Assembly: GCA_002347265.1 (NCBI GenBank)
Contig: DDYB01000011.1
Span: forward strand, 93,331-157,330
DNA from: Desulfobacteraceae bacterium UBA2245
Lineage (GTDB): Bacteria; Desulfobacterota; Desulfobacteria; Desulfobacterales; UBA2245
Length of the DNA stretch: 64,000 nt
Direction of reading: 5' to 3'
The notes under the pieces are model-generated. The model did not search any database, was not told where the DNA came from, and saw only the letters and a list, made by a program, of their open reading frames with translations. A program made the translations under genes and the position numbers. Below are positions 47,048 through 58,102 of this stretch, in pieces. Numbering within the stretch: the first letter of the stretch is position 1; the number at the start of each line of letters is the position of its first letter.

Positions 47048-47181
47048 AAGAACGTTGATCAGAAAACAATGCGAGCCCCGCCGGGATCCTGAATGGAAAA
47101 AGTGTGCCTTTCTTCCGGGGCTCCCATCTCCGCAGAAACCGCCTCAATAGAGCGAGGCTTGTGGTGATGATTTCTTCTCTA

Positions 47182-47280
47182 CTGTCATCCCATTCTCCTT
47201 TGGAATGTTATCGGTGAAACACTGATGAGATGACAGCCGATCGCCATCTTCCGGCTCTGTTATGGGGCCGGAAGATGGCG
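47182..47280 (+). other. highly structured noncoding segment (three-way junction plus 14-bp hairpin)
   Basis: Outer stem CTGTCATC/GATGACAG encloses hairpins CATTC/GAATG and ATCGGTG/CACTGAT. This is followed by CGCCATCTTCCGGC/GCCGGAAGATGGCG. The strand is guessed from one G-U pair. Confidence 0.3.
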
Positions 47281-47434
47281 CTTCCTGCGTTTCTCAAACT
47301 GTACGGAGAGATATTAACTTTTTCATTTAAATTTTCAAAAAACCTAACAGTCCTGAATTATAGTATTTATACAGCATTCCCCTTGTGCTGCATCTCTGTT
47401 TTTGGATAAATTTCTTTCAGACAAATGATAATTG

Positions 47435-47463
47435 TTGACAATAAGATATCAACATAATATAAA
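47435..47463 (+). promoter_or_regulatory. near-consensus sigma-70 promoter TTGACA-N17-TATAAA with overlapping inverted repeat TGTTGA…TCAACA
   Basis: Read directly from the sequence, ~350 nt upstream of the MFS gene inside an AT-rich island. Confidence 0.35.
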
Positions 47464-47812
47464 CCTATTAAAATGAATAAATGATATTCAGTTGTTTTTG
47501 ATTTTTTTAGATTATAATTCATCTATTTTTAAAATAGCTGTTTGCACTACAAGCCAAAAGTTCCACCAGAAATGAAATCATGATCCAAAAAACGCAAAAC
47601 ATTCAGAATTTTTCAGGGCTGCTCTGAAAGAATGCGCCTTATGCCCCCTGCGCTGATGTCGATTTTCAGAAATATGCACTTGAAAGCAAAGCTTCGGATT
47701 TAAAAAAACAAAACAACGGATGAAAGGAGGGAAGAAAAGACTTCGACGACTCAATTAAAAATCATTTCAAGGGGGATCAATTAAAGGTTTTTAATTACAA
47801 GGAGGAAATTAT

Positions 47813-49051
47813 ATGGCGGCTGAACAAGTAGAAACCCAAATGCCCAGATGGATTTATCTGCTTCTGGGACTGCTCGGGAGTACCACCTGCGGCATGCTTC
47901 TCTATGCGTGGAGCGTTTTTATCAAACCCCTGAACGCTGAATTCGGATGGTCCCGCTCGGAAATCGCTCTTGCCTTCGCGATCTGCTGTCTGATTTTCGG
48001 CCTGATGACCTTCCCGGCCGGTCGTCTGAGCGATAAATTCGGTCCCAGACTGGTCGTTGTCGGCGGCGGCATCATTCTGTGCATCGGCTTTATTTTATCC
48101 GGCTTCATTACAAGCAAACTCCAGCTGTACATTACCTATGGCGTAATCGCCGGATTCGGCGGCGGGTGCATCTACCTGCCTCCCATCGCCACGGCGCCCA
48201 AATGGTGGCCTGACCGAAGGGCGCTGGCAACCGGTTTTGCCGTGGTTGGCCTGGGTCTTGGGTCTTTTCTCATGGGTCCGCTGGCCACAAAGATCATCAA
48301 CAGTCCGGATTATGGCTGGCGGTACGTGTTCTGGTACTGCGGAGCGGCCATGGGGATCATGGCGGTCATCGCCGGCCTTCCTCTGAAGTACCCCCCAAAG
48401 GGCTGGAAACCGGCTGGATGGAATCCCCCCGCACCGGCGGCTGGGAAAAAAGCCTCTCGCGACTTCACCCATGAAGAATCCATTCGAACTCCGCAATTCT
48501 GGCTGCTGTATCTGAGCTACTTCGCCGGTTCATTCGCCGGACTGATGGTCATCGGTCATATCGCCGCCACCGGAATCGACCGGGGTTTAACGCCGATGCA
48601 GGCAGCCGGTGCGGTCAGCGCGCTGGCCTTTGCCAATGCGGCGACCCGTATCATCACCGGCATTGTTGTCGACAAAATCGGCGTCAAGGCGGTTTTTGTG
48701 GTCTGGTTTGCACTGCAGACGGCTGCCATGCTCCTGCTGTTCCCGGCCGCATCCTCACAATGGGCACTGTGGCTCTGCGCAGCCCTCATCGGCTGGAACT
48801 ACGGCGGCATGTTCACCCTGTTCCCTGCTGCCTGTCTTGCTTACTTCGGCCCGACCGCTCAGGGCTCCAACTACGGTCTGCTGTTTACCGCGTGGGGTTT
48901 TGCCGGATTTGCCGGACCCTGGGTCGGCGGCTATCTCAAAGATACCACCGGCACTTACTATATGCCGTTTATTATCGGTGCCATCGTGGTGGCGGTTTCG
49001 GTCATCATCTCCGCCACCCTGAAAGCGCCTGCAACCAAAGATCAGGAATAG
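47813..49051 (+). CDS. MFS transporter, oxalate/formate antiporter (OFA)-like
   Basis: 12 hydrophobic segments, N-terminal block [21 protein letters not shown], and SD AGGAGG. Confidence 0.85.
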   Translation: MAAEQVETQMPRWIYLLLGLLGSTTCGMLLYAWSVFIKPLNAEFGWSRSEIALAFAICCLIFGLMTFPAGRLSDKFGPRLVVVGGGIILCIGFILSGFITSKLQLYITYGVIAGFGGGCIYLPPIATAPKWWPDRRALATGFAVVGLGLGSFLMGPLATKIINSPDYGWRYVFWYCGAAMGIMAVIAGLPLKYPPKGWKPAGWNPPAPAAGKKASRDFTHEESIRTPQFWLLYLSYFAGSFAGLMVIGHIAATGIDRGLTPMQAAGAVSALAFANAATRIITGIVVDKIGVKAVFVVWFALQTAAMLLLFPAASSQWALWLCAALIGWNYGGMFTLFPAACLAYFGPTAQGSNYGLLFTAWGFAGFAGPWVGGYLKDTTGTYYMPFIIGAIVVAVSVIISATLKAPATKDQE

Positions 49052-49108
49052 CCGGGATTTGCTCGGAAGTCATGATCGACCCGGTGCATCAACCTGATGC
49101 GCTTCTGC

Positions 49109-49138
49109 AAAAAAGGTCCCCGTTCGGGGACCTTTTTT
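49109..49138. terminator. bidirectional rho-independent terminator
   Basis: AAAAAAGGTCCCC-gttc-GGGGACCTTTTTT between convergent genes. Confidence 0.75.
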
Positions 49139-49155
49139 GGCGTTTTAATGTTGGA

Positions 49156-50247
<1,092 letters not shown>

Positions 50248-50304
50248 TTATCAATGCCCGGTTATCGGCAACCTCCCGAAAAAACCAGAAATTCGTTGCA
50301 GGTC

Positions 50305-51492
50305 TCAAGCGCCCAGCGCCCGACGCATTTTCTCAATACGCAGGGCAATGTCCGCCTCGGTCCAGGACAGCTTGATCTGCATGGAGATCAGCCTCTTGAT
50401 AATATTGTCGGACTGCGGCAGATGAACCCGCTCATAATCCGGGCAACGCCCTGTCAGGGTCTGCGGCAACCTGAAGGCGGAAGCCATTTTTTTGAGGTGC
50501 TCCCAGCGTCTCAGGTAGTGCCAGTTGTTGTCATACCAGTAAAAGCATCCATCCACGCCGGCCCGGCCAAGATCCAAAGCCGCCTGGCGCGTACGGTCTT
50601 CGGAAGAAAGCAAAAAGGAAAGAAAGGTCGCCGAATCCCCGTTCTCATCTGGAACCTTGCGGAAAGTCAGTCCCGGAATTGCTGTCAGCGCCTCTTTGAT
50701 TGCCGTTTTACTGGCGCGTTGAACCTCTAAAATACGATCCAGTTTTCGAAGCTGAGCCAGGCCGACAGCGGCATTCAATTCGCTGATCCGGTGATTGGTT
50801 CCAAGAATGGGATGCCCTTCGAGACCGCGATCCGACCCGACATGCTCATGGCCGTGATCGGCATAGGAATGCGCCTTCTCATACAAACCGGCATCGTTGG
50901 TAATCACGGCGCCCCCCTCTCCGCAGGTGATGGTTTTTACCGGGTCAAAGGAAAAACAGCCCATCTGTCCGAAAGCGCCGAGGGCTTTGCCCTGATAGAC
51001 GGCCCCCAGAGCCTGACAGGCATCCTCGATCAACACCAGGCCCTTTCGGGCGCAAAACTGAGCAATCTCATCAATCCGGGCCATGGAGCCGCACATGTGC
51101 ACCGGCAGAATCGCCCTGGTCCGGGAAGTGACCGCATCTTCGAGCCGATCCGGATCCAGGCACAGCGTCTCGTCGATTTCCCCGAACACCGGTATCGCGC
51201 CTGCGCTGAGCACCGATTCGATGGTGGCAACAAAAGTGAACGGCGGAACCACAACCTCATCGCCGGCGCCGATTCCGCAGCAGGCCAGCGCAATATTCAG
51301 AGCCGCCGTTCCGCTGGAACAAAGATGCGCGTAGCCGACATTCAGCCGTTCGGCCAGCTCGGACTCAAAGCCTCTCGCCTTCCAGCGGCCTTTGCGCGCC
51401 TGGTCAAAACCATACCGGAATAAAACGCCTGTCTCAAGGACCTCGTTCACCTCTTTGCGCTCTTCTTCTCCAAACCACTCAAAACCCGGCAT
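50305..51492 (-). CDS. DegT/DnrJ/EryC1/StrS family aminotransferase, KdnA-like candidate
   Basis: SSGTAALNIAL, PPFTFVAT, and PLP lysine in SFDPVKTITCGEGG. 395 aa with SD AAGGAGA. Confidence 0.85.
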   Translation of the reverse strand: MPGFEWFGEEERKEVNEVLETGVLFRYGFDQARKGRWKARGFESELAERLNVGYAHLCSSGTAALNIALACCGIGAGDEVVVPPFTFVATIESVLSAGAIPVFGEIDETLCLDPDRLEDAVTSRTRAILPVHMCGSMARIDEIAQFCARKGLVLIEDACQALGAVYQGKALGAFGQMGCFSFDPVKTITCGEGGAVITNDAGLYEKAHSYADHGHEHVGSDRGLEGHPILGTNHRISELNAAVGLAQLRKLDRILEVQRASKTAIKEALTAIPGLTFRKVPDENGDSATFLSFLLSSEDRTRQAALDLGRAGVDGCFYWYDNNWHYLRRWEHLKKMASAFRLPQTLTGRCPDYERVHLPQSDNIIKRLISMQIKLSWTEADIALRIEKMRRALGA

Positions 51493-51582
51493 ATTTCATG
51501 TCTCCTTATGATTTTACGGTTACGGTCGACACCGGCGCAGGGACTCAATCCGCCAGGCGCTCACGGGAACCGGGATCCCGAC

Positions 51583-53007
51583 CTAACCGCGGTCTTCAGC
51601 CTTCCCGGCCATTTGACTGAAATAATTGCTGAAATACTCACGAATGGCGATACGGGCATACTGCGAAGCCCGGGTTCCGATGTACCGTTCATGCCCCACG
51701 ACAACGGATACCGCCAACCTGCCCGGCCCGTTTTTATCCCGGGCAAATCCGACAAACCAGTCCAGCCGCACATCACGAGACGCATTGTCGATCGATCCGG
51801 TTTTGCCCCCCAGGTTCAGCCTGGAGAGCGTTTTGTCGCTTCGATACCCGCTGAAGGCCTTGCGACAGGTTCCGGATGACACCGTTTCCTCCATCAGAGA
51901 GCCGATCATTCGGGAAGTTTCCGGGGATATCGCCCTGCCGATCATCTCCGGTTGATGCCGGTATAAGGTTTTACCGTTCTCATCCACAACGGCGTCGATA
52001 ATTCCCGGCGCAATCAGCTGCCCGCGGTTGAAAACCGCGCTGGAAAGGATGGCGCCGTGCAGGGGGGAAATCGTGGTGTCGCGGTTAAAGCCGCAGGAGA
52101 CTTCCGCCAGGCGGTAAGGCTCTTCGGAAAACACGACCCGGCTCAGGCTCAGGGGAAGTTCAAAATCGATATCATGATTAAAACCGAAAGCTTCGGCATG
52201 TTTCTCAAGCACAATCGGGCCCAGCCGCAGGGCGCCGATTTTTCCGAATACCGGGTTTACCGATTGGGCAAACGCATCTTTCAGAGTAATCTTTTGCGAA
52301 TAGCGATCCTCGCGATCCCGCAGTTGATGTTTGTAAAGGGTGTGTTTTCCGCCATTGAACGCAAAGACGGTCTGAGGATTGTATCCGCAGCTTTCAATGC
52401 AGGCGGCAGCCGTAACGATCTTGAAAATACTGGCTGCGGGAAATCCCGAAGTGCATGGATTCGAGGAAGCTTCGGTCTTGTCAAATCCGGTCATGGCCAG
52501 AATCCGTCCACTGTCCGGGTCCATGACCACGATCCCCACATACCGGCAGTTGACGACATCCAGTTTCTCTATTAATACACGCTGCAGAGACGTATTGAGG
52601 CTGGTCTCCACACGAAAAGCATGACCATCGCGTGAAATGCTGAATCGATCTTCGGTCCGGCTGAGAAGATCCTGATTTTCAAGCAGAATTCGAAGATCCT
52701 TTTTTTCCAGCATCCGATTGCCGAGCCCGGCATCCGGTTTTACCGAGGCCTTTTCGAGGCTGCCGCCGGACGCGCAGCCGACCCCGCCCAAGCCATATCC
52801 GGCATCAGACTTTTCAGCAGCCTTGCCACAGCTGCGCACACTCGATCCGCCCATCCAGGCGAGCAGAACCGCGCATAAAACGGTAAAATAAGTCAGGTAT
52901 TTCAAACGGTTTCTGCCGGCGCTTTTCCGCTTGAGATTCTCCTGATAAACGCGCCACGTCGGTCTTTTCGCACAAATCGGGACATAATTGATGTTTTTGT
53001 CGTCCAT
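51583..53007 (-). CDS. penicillin-binding protein, transpeptidase domain (class B-like, short)
   Basis: N-terminal TM helix, SxxK (ASIFK), SxN (SVN), KTG (GKTGS). ATG at 53007 preferred to the TTG at 53049. Confidence 0.78.
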   Translation of the reverse strand: MDDKNINYVPICAKRPTWRVYQENLKRKSAGRNRLKYLTYFTVLCAVLLAWMGGSSVRSCGKAAEKSDAGYGLGGVGCASGGSLEKASVKPDAGLGNRMLEKKDLRILLENQDLLSRTEDRFSISRDGHAFRVETSLNTSLQRVLIEKLDVVNCRYVGIVVMDPDSGRILAMTGFDKTEASSNPCTSGFPAASIFKIVTAAACIESCGYNPQTVFAFNGGKHTLYKHQLRDREDRYSQKITLKDAFAQSVNPVFGKIGALRLGPIVLEKHAEAFGFNHDIDFELPLSLSRVVFSEEPYRLAEVSCGFNRDTTISPLHGAILSSAVFNRGQLIAPGIIDAVVDENGKTLYRHQPEMIGRAISPETSRMIGSLMEETVSSGTCRKAFSGYRSDKTLSRLNLGGKTGSIDNASRDVRLDWFVGFARDKNGPGRLAVSVVVGHERYIGTRASQYARIAIREYFSNYFSQMAGKAEDRG

Positions 53008-53100
53008 GAAGTCTTTCCCGATGCGTCCCTCGCTGTTTTCCACGGGCAAAGCCCGAATGCCGGAATAAAAATGATTGCGTATGTATCCGGTTTGTTCGGG

Positions 53101-55032
53101 TCAGGAAATCGGCGTCCCCGGCGCAACGGTCCCGTCCGGAGTCAGCAGGCAAAGGCCCGTATCATCGGTTGCGGCAAGCAACATGCCGTTTGAAAGAATG
53201 CCCATCAGTTTTGCGGGCTTCAGGTTGGCCACCACGACGACCTGCTTTCCGATGAGCTGATCCGGGGAGTAGCTCTGGGAAATGCCGGCCACAATGGTTC
53301 TTGTCTCTCCCAAATCAATCTGAAGCTTGACCAGTTTTTTCGCTTTCGCAACCGGCTCGGCGGCAATGATCGTTGCAACCCGCAGATCCACCTGGCTGAA
53401 AACCTCGTAAGAAATTTCCGGTTTGATCGGCTTGACGGGCGTTTCGGGCGTCCGCTGGGTCTGATTGAGCGCCTGAATTCTTTCCGGCTCCACACGCGGA
53501 AACAGGGTGATGGTTTTGGGAAGCCGCACCCCCGAAGGCAGGCCCTTGCTTTTTTTCAATTCCTCCAAACGATAATGCTCGGCTTTGGAATCCAGCCCCA
53601 GATGCTCCTGCATTCTGGCCGAGGTATCCGGCATCACCGGATACAGCAGTCCGGAAATGACCCGAAGCCCTTCCAGCAGATGGTAGATCACGGTTTCCAG
53701 GTGTTTTCGACTGGATTTATTCTTGGCCAGAACCCAGGGAGCGGTTACGTCGATGCATTTGTTCATGTGGCCGATCAGTTCCCAGACCGCGCCCATGGCT
53801 CTGTGGAAGGCAAACTGCTCCATGGCGTTTTCATATTCATCAATCGCGCTTTGCGTTTTCTGGTCAAGATCCAGGTTCAACTCTTCCGCAGCCTGAGGAT
53901 CGGGTTCGGGCACCGCCCCGGCAAAATATTTGTGAGCCATGGAAAGCACCCTGGAAAACAGGTTGCCCAGATCGTTGGCCAGATCGGCATTGATCCGCTG
54001 AACCAGAGCCACCTCGCTGAAGCCGGCATCCAGCCCGAAGACCATCTCGCGCATCAAAAAATACCGGAAGGCGTCCAGCCCGTAAACGTTCTTCAATTCC
54101 AGGGGGTCAATGACATTTCCCAGGCTCTTGGACATCTTGCTCTGGTCCACGTTCCAGTACCCGTGGACATTAAGGTGCCGGTACAGGGGAAGCCCCGCGG
54201 CCTTGAGCATGATCGGCCAGTAAATTCCATGGGGCTTGAGAATATCCTTGGCCGTTATGTGCTGAACCGCGGGCCAGAATTTTTCAAACAGCGCTCCGTC
54301 GGGCCAGCCCAGTGCTGAAATATAGTTCAGCAATGCATCGAACCAGACATAGGTCACATAGTTGTTGTCGAAAGGCAAAGTGATGCCCCATTGCAGCCTG
54401 GTTTTGGGCCTGGAAATGCAAAGATCCTCCAGAGGGGCGCGCAAAAAAGCCAGCACCTCGTTGCGGTAGCGTTCGGGCCGGATAAAATCCGGATTCTGCT
54501 GAATATGATCGATCAGCCAGTCCTGGTAACGACTCATCTTGAAAAAATAATTGGATTCCTTGATCACCTCGGGCGCGGTTTCATGATCCGGACATTTTCC
54601 GTTAACCAGTTCCCGCTCCGTGTAAAACCGCTCACATCCGAAGCAGTAAAGCCCCTCGTATTCGCTGAAGTAGATATCTCCGGCATCGTAAATTTTCTGC
54701 AAAATCCGCTCGACCACAGCCATATGGGCCGGGTCCGTGGTGCGAATAAAGGCGTCGTTGCGGATGTTGAGCTCCGGCCAGAGATTCCGGAAAAGGCCGC
54801 TGATCTGATCCACATAATTACGGGCCGTCATGTTGGCCTTCTGCGCGGCACGGACCACCTTGTCGCCATGCTCATCAACGCCGGTCAGAAAAAAGGTTTC
54901 CTGGCCGCGCATCTGATGAAACCGTGCGGCCACATCAGCGAGTATCGTTGTATAAGCATGCCCGAGGTGGGGTTTGGCATTTACATAGTAGATGGGTGTC
55001 GTTATATAAAAAGGTTCCGACATTTTGATCAT
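53101..55032 (-). CDS. metG: methionine--tRNA ligase (with C-terminal tRNA-binding domain)
   Basis: HIGH region (PHLGHAY), KMSKS, and a C-terminal EMAP/Trbp111-like OB domain. ATGA overlap with the upstream gene. Confidence 0.95.
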   Translation of the reverse strand: MIKMSEPFYITTPIYYVNAKPHLGHAYTTILADVAARFHQMRGQETFFLTGVDEHGDKVVRAAQKANMTARNYVDQISGLFRNLWPELNIRNDAFIRTTDPAHMAVVERILQKIYDAGDIYFSEYEGLYCFGCERFYTERELVNGKCPDHETAPEVIKESNYFFKMSRYQDWLIDHIQQNPDFIRPERYRNEVLAFLRAPLEDLCISRPKTRLQWGITLPFDNNYVTYVWFDALLNYISALGWPDGALFEKFWPAVQHITAKDILKPHGIYWPIMLKAAGLPLYRHLNVHGYWNVDQSKMSKSLGNVIDPLELKNVYGLDAFRYFLMREMVFGLDAGFSEVALVQRINADLANDLGNLFSRVLSMAHKYFAGAVPEPDPQAAEELNLDLDQKTQSAIDEYENAMEQFAFHRAMGAVWELIGHMNKCIDVTAPWVLAKNKSSRKHLETVIYHLLEGLRVISGLLYPVMPDTSARMQEHLGLDSKAEHYRLEELKKSKGLPSGVRLPKTITLFPRVEPERIQALNQTQRTPETPVKPIKPEISYEVFSQVDLRVATIIAAEPVAKAKKLVKLQIDLGETRTIVAGISQSYSPDQLIGKQVVVVANLKPAKLMGILSNGMLLAATDDTGLCLLTPDGTVAPGTPIS

Positions 55033-55832
55033 TCCCCCTGTTCTGTAATCTCTTCGATTCCGATTTCAACTTCTATTCCGTCTTCAAACCGGACGGCGAC
55101 ACGGTTGCCGACCACATTCTGACGGACGACCTTGCCCTGCCCCCGTTTGGCATTGACTGTTTTTCCGATTTTTGGAAATTTTTCCCTCAGGGCGCAGTAG
55201 GTATCATATTCAAACGTCAGGCAACACATCAGCCGTCCGCATTGTCCGGAAATCTTTGTGGGATTCAGGGACAGGCCCTGCTCCTTGGCCATTCGAATGG
55301 AGACGGGATCAAATTTTTCCATAAACAGAGAACAGCACAGCTGACGCCCGCACCGGCCGACGCCGCCGCACATCTTGGCCTGGTTTCGTATCCCCACCTG
55401 ACGCATCTCTATCCGCGCGCCAAGCTCTTTGACAAGGATCTTGACCAGCTGCCGGAAATCGATCCGGCCTTCCGCGGTGAAGAAAAAGGTCAGTTTATTC
55501 TGGTCAAAGGTGCTTTCCACGGCAAACAGATTCATGGAAAGGCCGAGTTCCTGAATGCTCTTCATACAGAAATCAAAGGCGGATTTTTCCAGTTCGGTGT
55601 TTTGGGCCAGTTGTTCCAAATCCTCCTGGGTGGCAAGACGAAACACTTTTTTCAGGGTTTTTTCCGGAGACGCGTCTTCGCGGTACTCCGGCTCAACGAT
55701 CACAGTTCCGAACCCAAGGCCCTGTTCGGTCTCCACAATCACATGGTCTCCACTGGACAGGACAAATGCGCCGCAATCAAAATCATATATTTTTCCGGCC
55801 GGCTTGAATCGAACTCCAACAACTTTTTGCAT
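55029..55832 (-). CDS. ricT: PSP1 domain protein (RicT/YaaT-like)
   Basis: PSP1 C-terminal domain with a Cys cluster (CGGVGRCGRQLCC…CGRLMCC). holB-yaaT-type synteny. Confidence 0.8.
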   Translation of the reverse strand: MQKVVGVRFKPAGKIYDFDCGAFVLSSGDHVIVETEQGLGFGTVIVEPEYREDASPEKTLKKVFRLATQEDLEQLAQNTELEKSAFDFCMKSIQELGLSMNLFAVESTFDQNKLTFFFTAEGRIDFRQLVKILVKELGARIEMRQVGIRNQAKMCGGVGRCGRQLCCSLFMEKFDPVSIRMAKEQGLSLNPTKISGQCGRLMCCLTFEYDTYCALREKFPKIGKTVNAKRGQGKVVRQNVVGNRVAVRFEDGIEVEIGIEEITEQGE

Positions 55833-55841
55833 ATGCCTCTT

Positions 55842-56846
55842 TTAATTCTCAGACAACCGCAGGATCAGACCCTCGATTGTCAGCCGCAGGTTTGCATTGG
55901 CCGCAACGGCTTTTTCCGCCGCCCTGACCGCCCGAATCTTCGTCAGAAGCATTTCAGGATTTTCATTTTGTGAACCCCAATCCGGCAAGGAAATCAAGTC
56001 CTGATTGATGATTTTTCCGGAGCCGTACAGTCTCACCAGCCGGTCTCGAAACCAGGACAGCATGACTTCCAGCGACTCGGCCAACCGGTCCTTATCCTGA
56101 GCCAGCCGCTGAGCAAGGGCCAGGCCCACGCTGATCGGCGCCTGCCGCAAACCGGCCAATTCCCGAACCAGCCAGTTTCTGCGCTCCAGCCAATCGCTCC
56201 GGCTCATGGCAATGGCCCGTCCCATGCTGCCGCCGGCCATCGCCGCCACCACCCGGGCAACGTCCGGAGAGAGATTACAATGCGAGACCAGCTCACGACA
56301 GATGCCCGGAATCGATATTGGATTGAACCGGACGCGCTGGCATCGGGATACCACCGTAGGAAGCAGGTCCGAAGTCTCCGATGCGGTCAGCACCAGCAGG
56401 GTCTGCTCAGGCGGTTCCTCGAGCATCTTGAGAAGCGCGTTGGCGGATTCAGGATTCATCCGGTGCGCGTCTGAAATCATTGCCACCCGATATCTGGCCT
56501 CATAGGGCTTCATGGCGAGCGTTCGGCCCAGGGCCCGGATCTGATCGATTCGAATCAGATTTCCCTGGGGCTGAATATGAAGTACGTCCGGGTGATTTCC
56601 GGAGATGATTTTCCGGCAGGAAACGCACTGACCGCACGGCGCCGAATCGGCGGAGACCCGGGAATTTGTATTCTCAAGATACGATTCGCAATTCACCGCC
56701 ATGGCAAACAGACGCCCGGTGGTCTGCTTTCCGACGCCGTCAATGCCCGTAAAAAGCAGTGCGTGCGCAACAGCCGACTGTTCGAGAAGCGCCCGCAAAA
56801 TTCCGATGGGTTTCTGCTGGTCTATGATGGATTCAAAGCCGGGCAT
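55842..56846 (-). CDS. holB: DNA polymerase III subunit delta prime
   Basis: AHALLFTGIDGVGK P-loop-like motif, zinc module CGQCVSCRK, and an AAA+ lid. Confidence 0.85.
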   Translation of the reverse strand: MPGFESIIDQQKPIGILRALLEQSAVAHALLFTGIDGVGKQTTGRLFAMAVNCESYLENTNSRVSADSAPCGQCVSCRKIISGNHPDVLHIQPQGNLIRIDQIRALGRTLAMKPYEARYRVAMISDAHRMNPESANALLKMLEEPPEQTLLVLTASETSDLLPTVVSRCQRVRFNPISIPGICRELVSHCNLSPDVARVVAAMAGGSMGRAIAMSRSDWLERRNWLVRELAGLRQAPISVGLALAQRLAQDKDRLAESLEVMLSWFRDRLVRLYGSGKIINQDLISLPDWGSQNENPEMLLTKIRAVRAAEKAVAANANLRLTIEGLILRLSEN

Positions 56847-56850
56847 CGTC

Positions 56851-57126
56851 TTACCGATCCACCCGGTCTTTCAGCTCTTTGCCGGACTTGAAAAACGGAA
56901 GCCTTTTGGGCTTGATCGCGACCTTTTCCCCGGTTTTGGGGTTCCGGCCCAGATAGCTCTTGTACTCTTTGACAAAAAAGCTGCACAGCCCCCGAATCTC
57001 CACACGATCGCCGCGCGCCAGAGCTTCGGCCATATCGTCGAAAAGAATTTGAACCACCGTGGCCGCTTCGGATTTGGATATACCGGCCTTGCTTTTCAAC
57101 GCGGCAATCAATTCCAGTTTATTCAT
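56851..57126 (-). CDS. HU/IHF family DNA-binding protein (IHF beta-like)
   Basis: GDRVEIRGLCSF…GRNPKTGEKV…FKSGKELKDRV. The ATG at 57126 has SD AAAGGAGAGG. Confidence 0.85.
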   Translation of the reverse strand: MNKLELIAALKSKAGISKSEAATVVQILFDDMAEALARGDRVEIRGLCSFFVKEYKSYLGRNPKTGEKVAIKPKRLPFFKSGKELKDRVDR

Positions 57127-57173
57127 AACCTCTCCTTTTGCGTTTTTCTCATCCACGCATCGAACGTCAGGTT

Positions 57174-57202
57174 CTATTAAACAAAATAAGAAGGCAAGTC
57201 AA
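57174..57202 (-). promoter_or_regulatory. sigma-70-like promoter (TTGACT-N17-TAATAG) upstream of the IHF-like gene
   Basis: Read from the minus strand, ~45 nt upstream of the ATG at 57126. Confidence 0.35.
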
Positions 57203-57287
57203 GCTGTTATGTTAACAAAGAGGATCATAAGGAGGGTCGATCGATCTTCCGCTGATTTTCTGCCCGGATCCGAAATCACTTTTGAGT

Positions 57288-57833
57288 TCAAATAGAATCG
57301 CCCCGACAGGTCGAAATCGGCGGCACCATCTCAACATCCTGAGCGGAAACGTCCACGATCGCGCTTTGCCCCAGGGCTTCGATATTCACCGCCACCCGTT
57401 CTTTTCCCCGGTATCTTAAAAATACGCCGACGACGCCGGCAAACGCCCCGTTGACCACCACAACCCGGTCTCCCTTCTGCATGCAATTACGGGAAATGAT
57501 CGGAGTTTCGGAAAGCGTCATGATTTTCAGAGATTCAATCACGGAATCCCCGACAGGAACCGGCCCGCCCTTGCCGCCCATCATTCGGACCACACCGATT
57601 GTGCGAAGAATATCGATATATTCCTTCGGGTTCAGATCGGTTTTGACAAAGAGGTAACCCGGAAAAAGCGGAACCTGAATCATCAGCGTTCTGTCCCGTC
57701 GCCTGCTCTTGACCCGGATCCTGGGCAGAAACGCTTCCAGGGACTTTTTGCACAGCCCCTGAAAAACCACGTTCTCAAAACGACTTCGGGTATACAGCGC
57801 ATACCAGGAACGGAGAGGTTCGGTTAGCGGCAT
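57288..57833 (-). CDS. NusG paralog (RfaH/UpxY-type transcription antiterminator)
   Basis: NGN domain (WYALYTRSRFE…LFPGYLFVK) and KOW motif (KGDRVVVVNGAFAGVVGVF). 181 aa. Confidence 0.8.
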   Translation of the reverse strand: MPLTEPLRSWYALYTRSRFENVVFQGLCKKSLEAFLPRIRVKSRRRDRTLMIQVPLFPGYLFVKTDLNPKEYIDILRTIGVVRMMGGKGGPVPVGDSVIESLKIMTLSETPIISRNCMQKGDRVVVVNGAFAGVVGVFLRYRGKERVAVNIEALGQSAIVDVSAQDVEMVPPISTCRGDSI

Positions 57834-58102
57834 ATCGCAATCGTCCGGCTGCAGATGGCCATGCCAAAATCAAGAAGCGGTATGGTGCAACATGCGAAGG
57901 CCTTCATCATATGAACAGCGATCATGCGATCATCCTCGACCTTCCGCGGGTCATGAATGCCGGCGGCCATTACCCAATCGGCCACCCGGGCCGGACGCCC
58001 CCCGGAAAAGCGGATTCTCAGGGGAGTGTTAACGATCACCATAACCGTTTCCCATCAATTCTGAATCATCGTTGAACCAGCGGAACAACCCGGCCGCCGG
58101 GA

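Noticed and set aside
47216-47229. Hammerhead-ribozyme-like core strings GAAAC and CUGAUGAG lie adjacent to each other.
   Set aside because: They are in the wrong topological order, and no room is left for helices II/III between them. The upstream candidate core GUGAUGA lacks the essential C3. Both strings are better explained as parts of a simple hairpin (ATCGGTG-aaa-CACTGAT).
57824-58042. 72-aa ORF between lptD and the NusG paralog.
   Set aside because: It has a weak SD, no recognisable motif and an odd composition, and it overlaps the NusG-like start. I treated it as probable leader or noncoding sequence, though I could not exclude a small protein.
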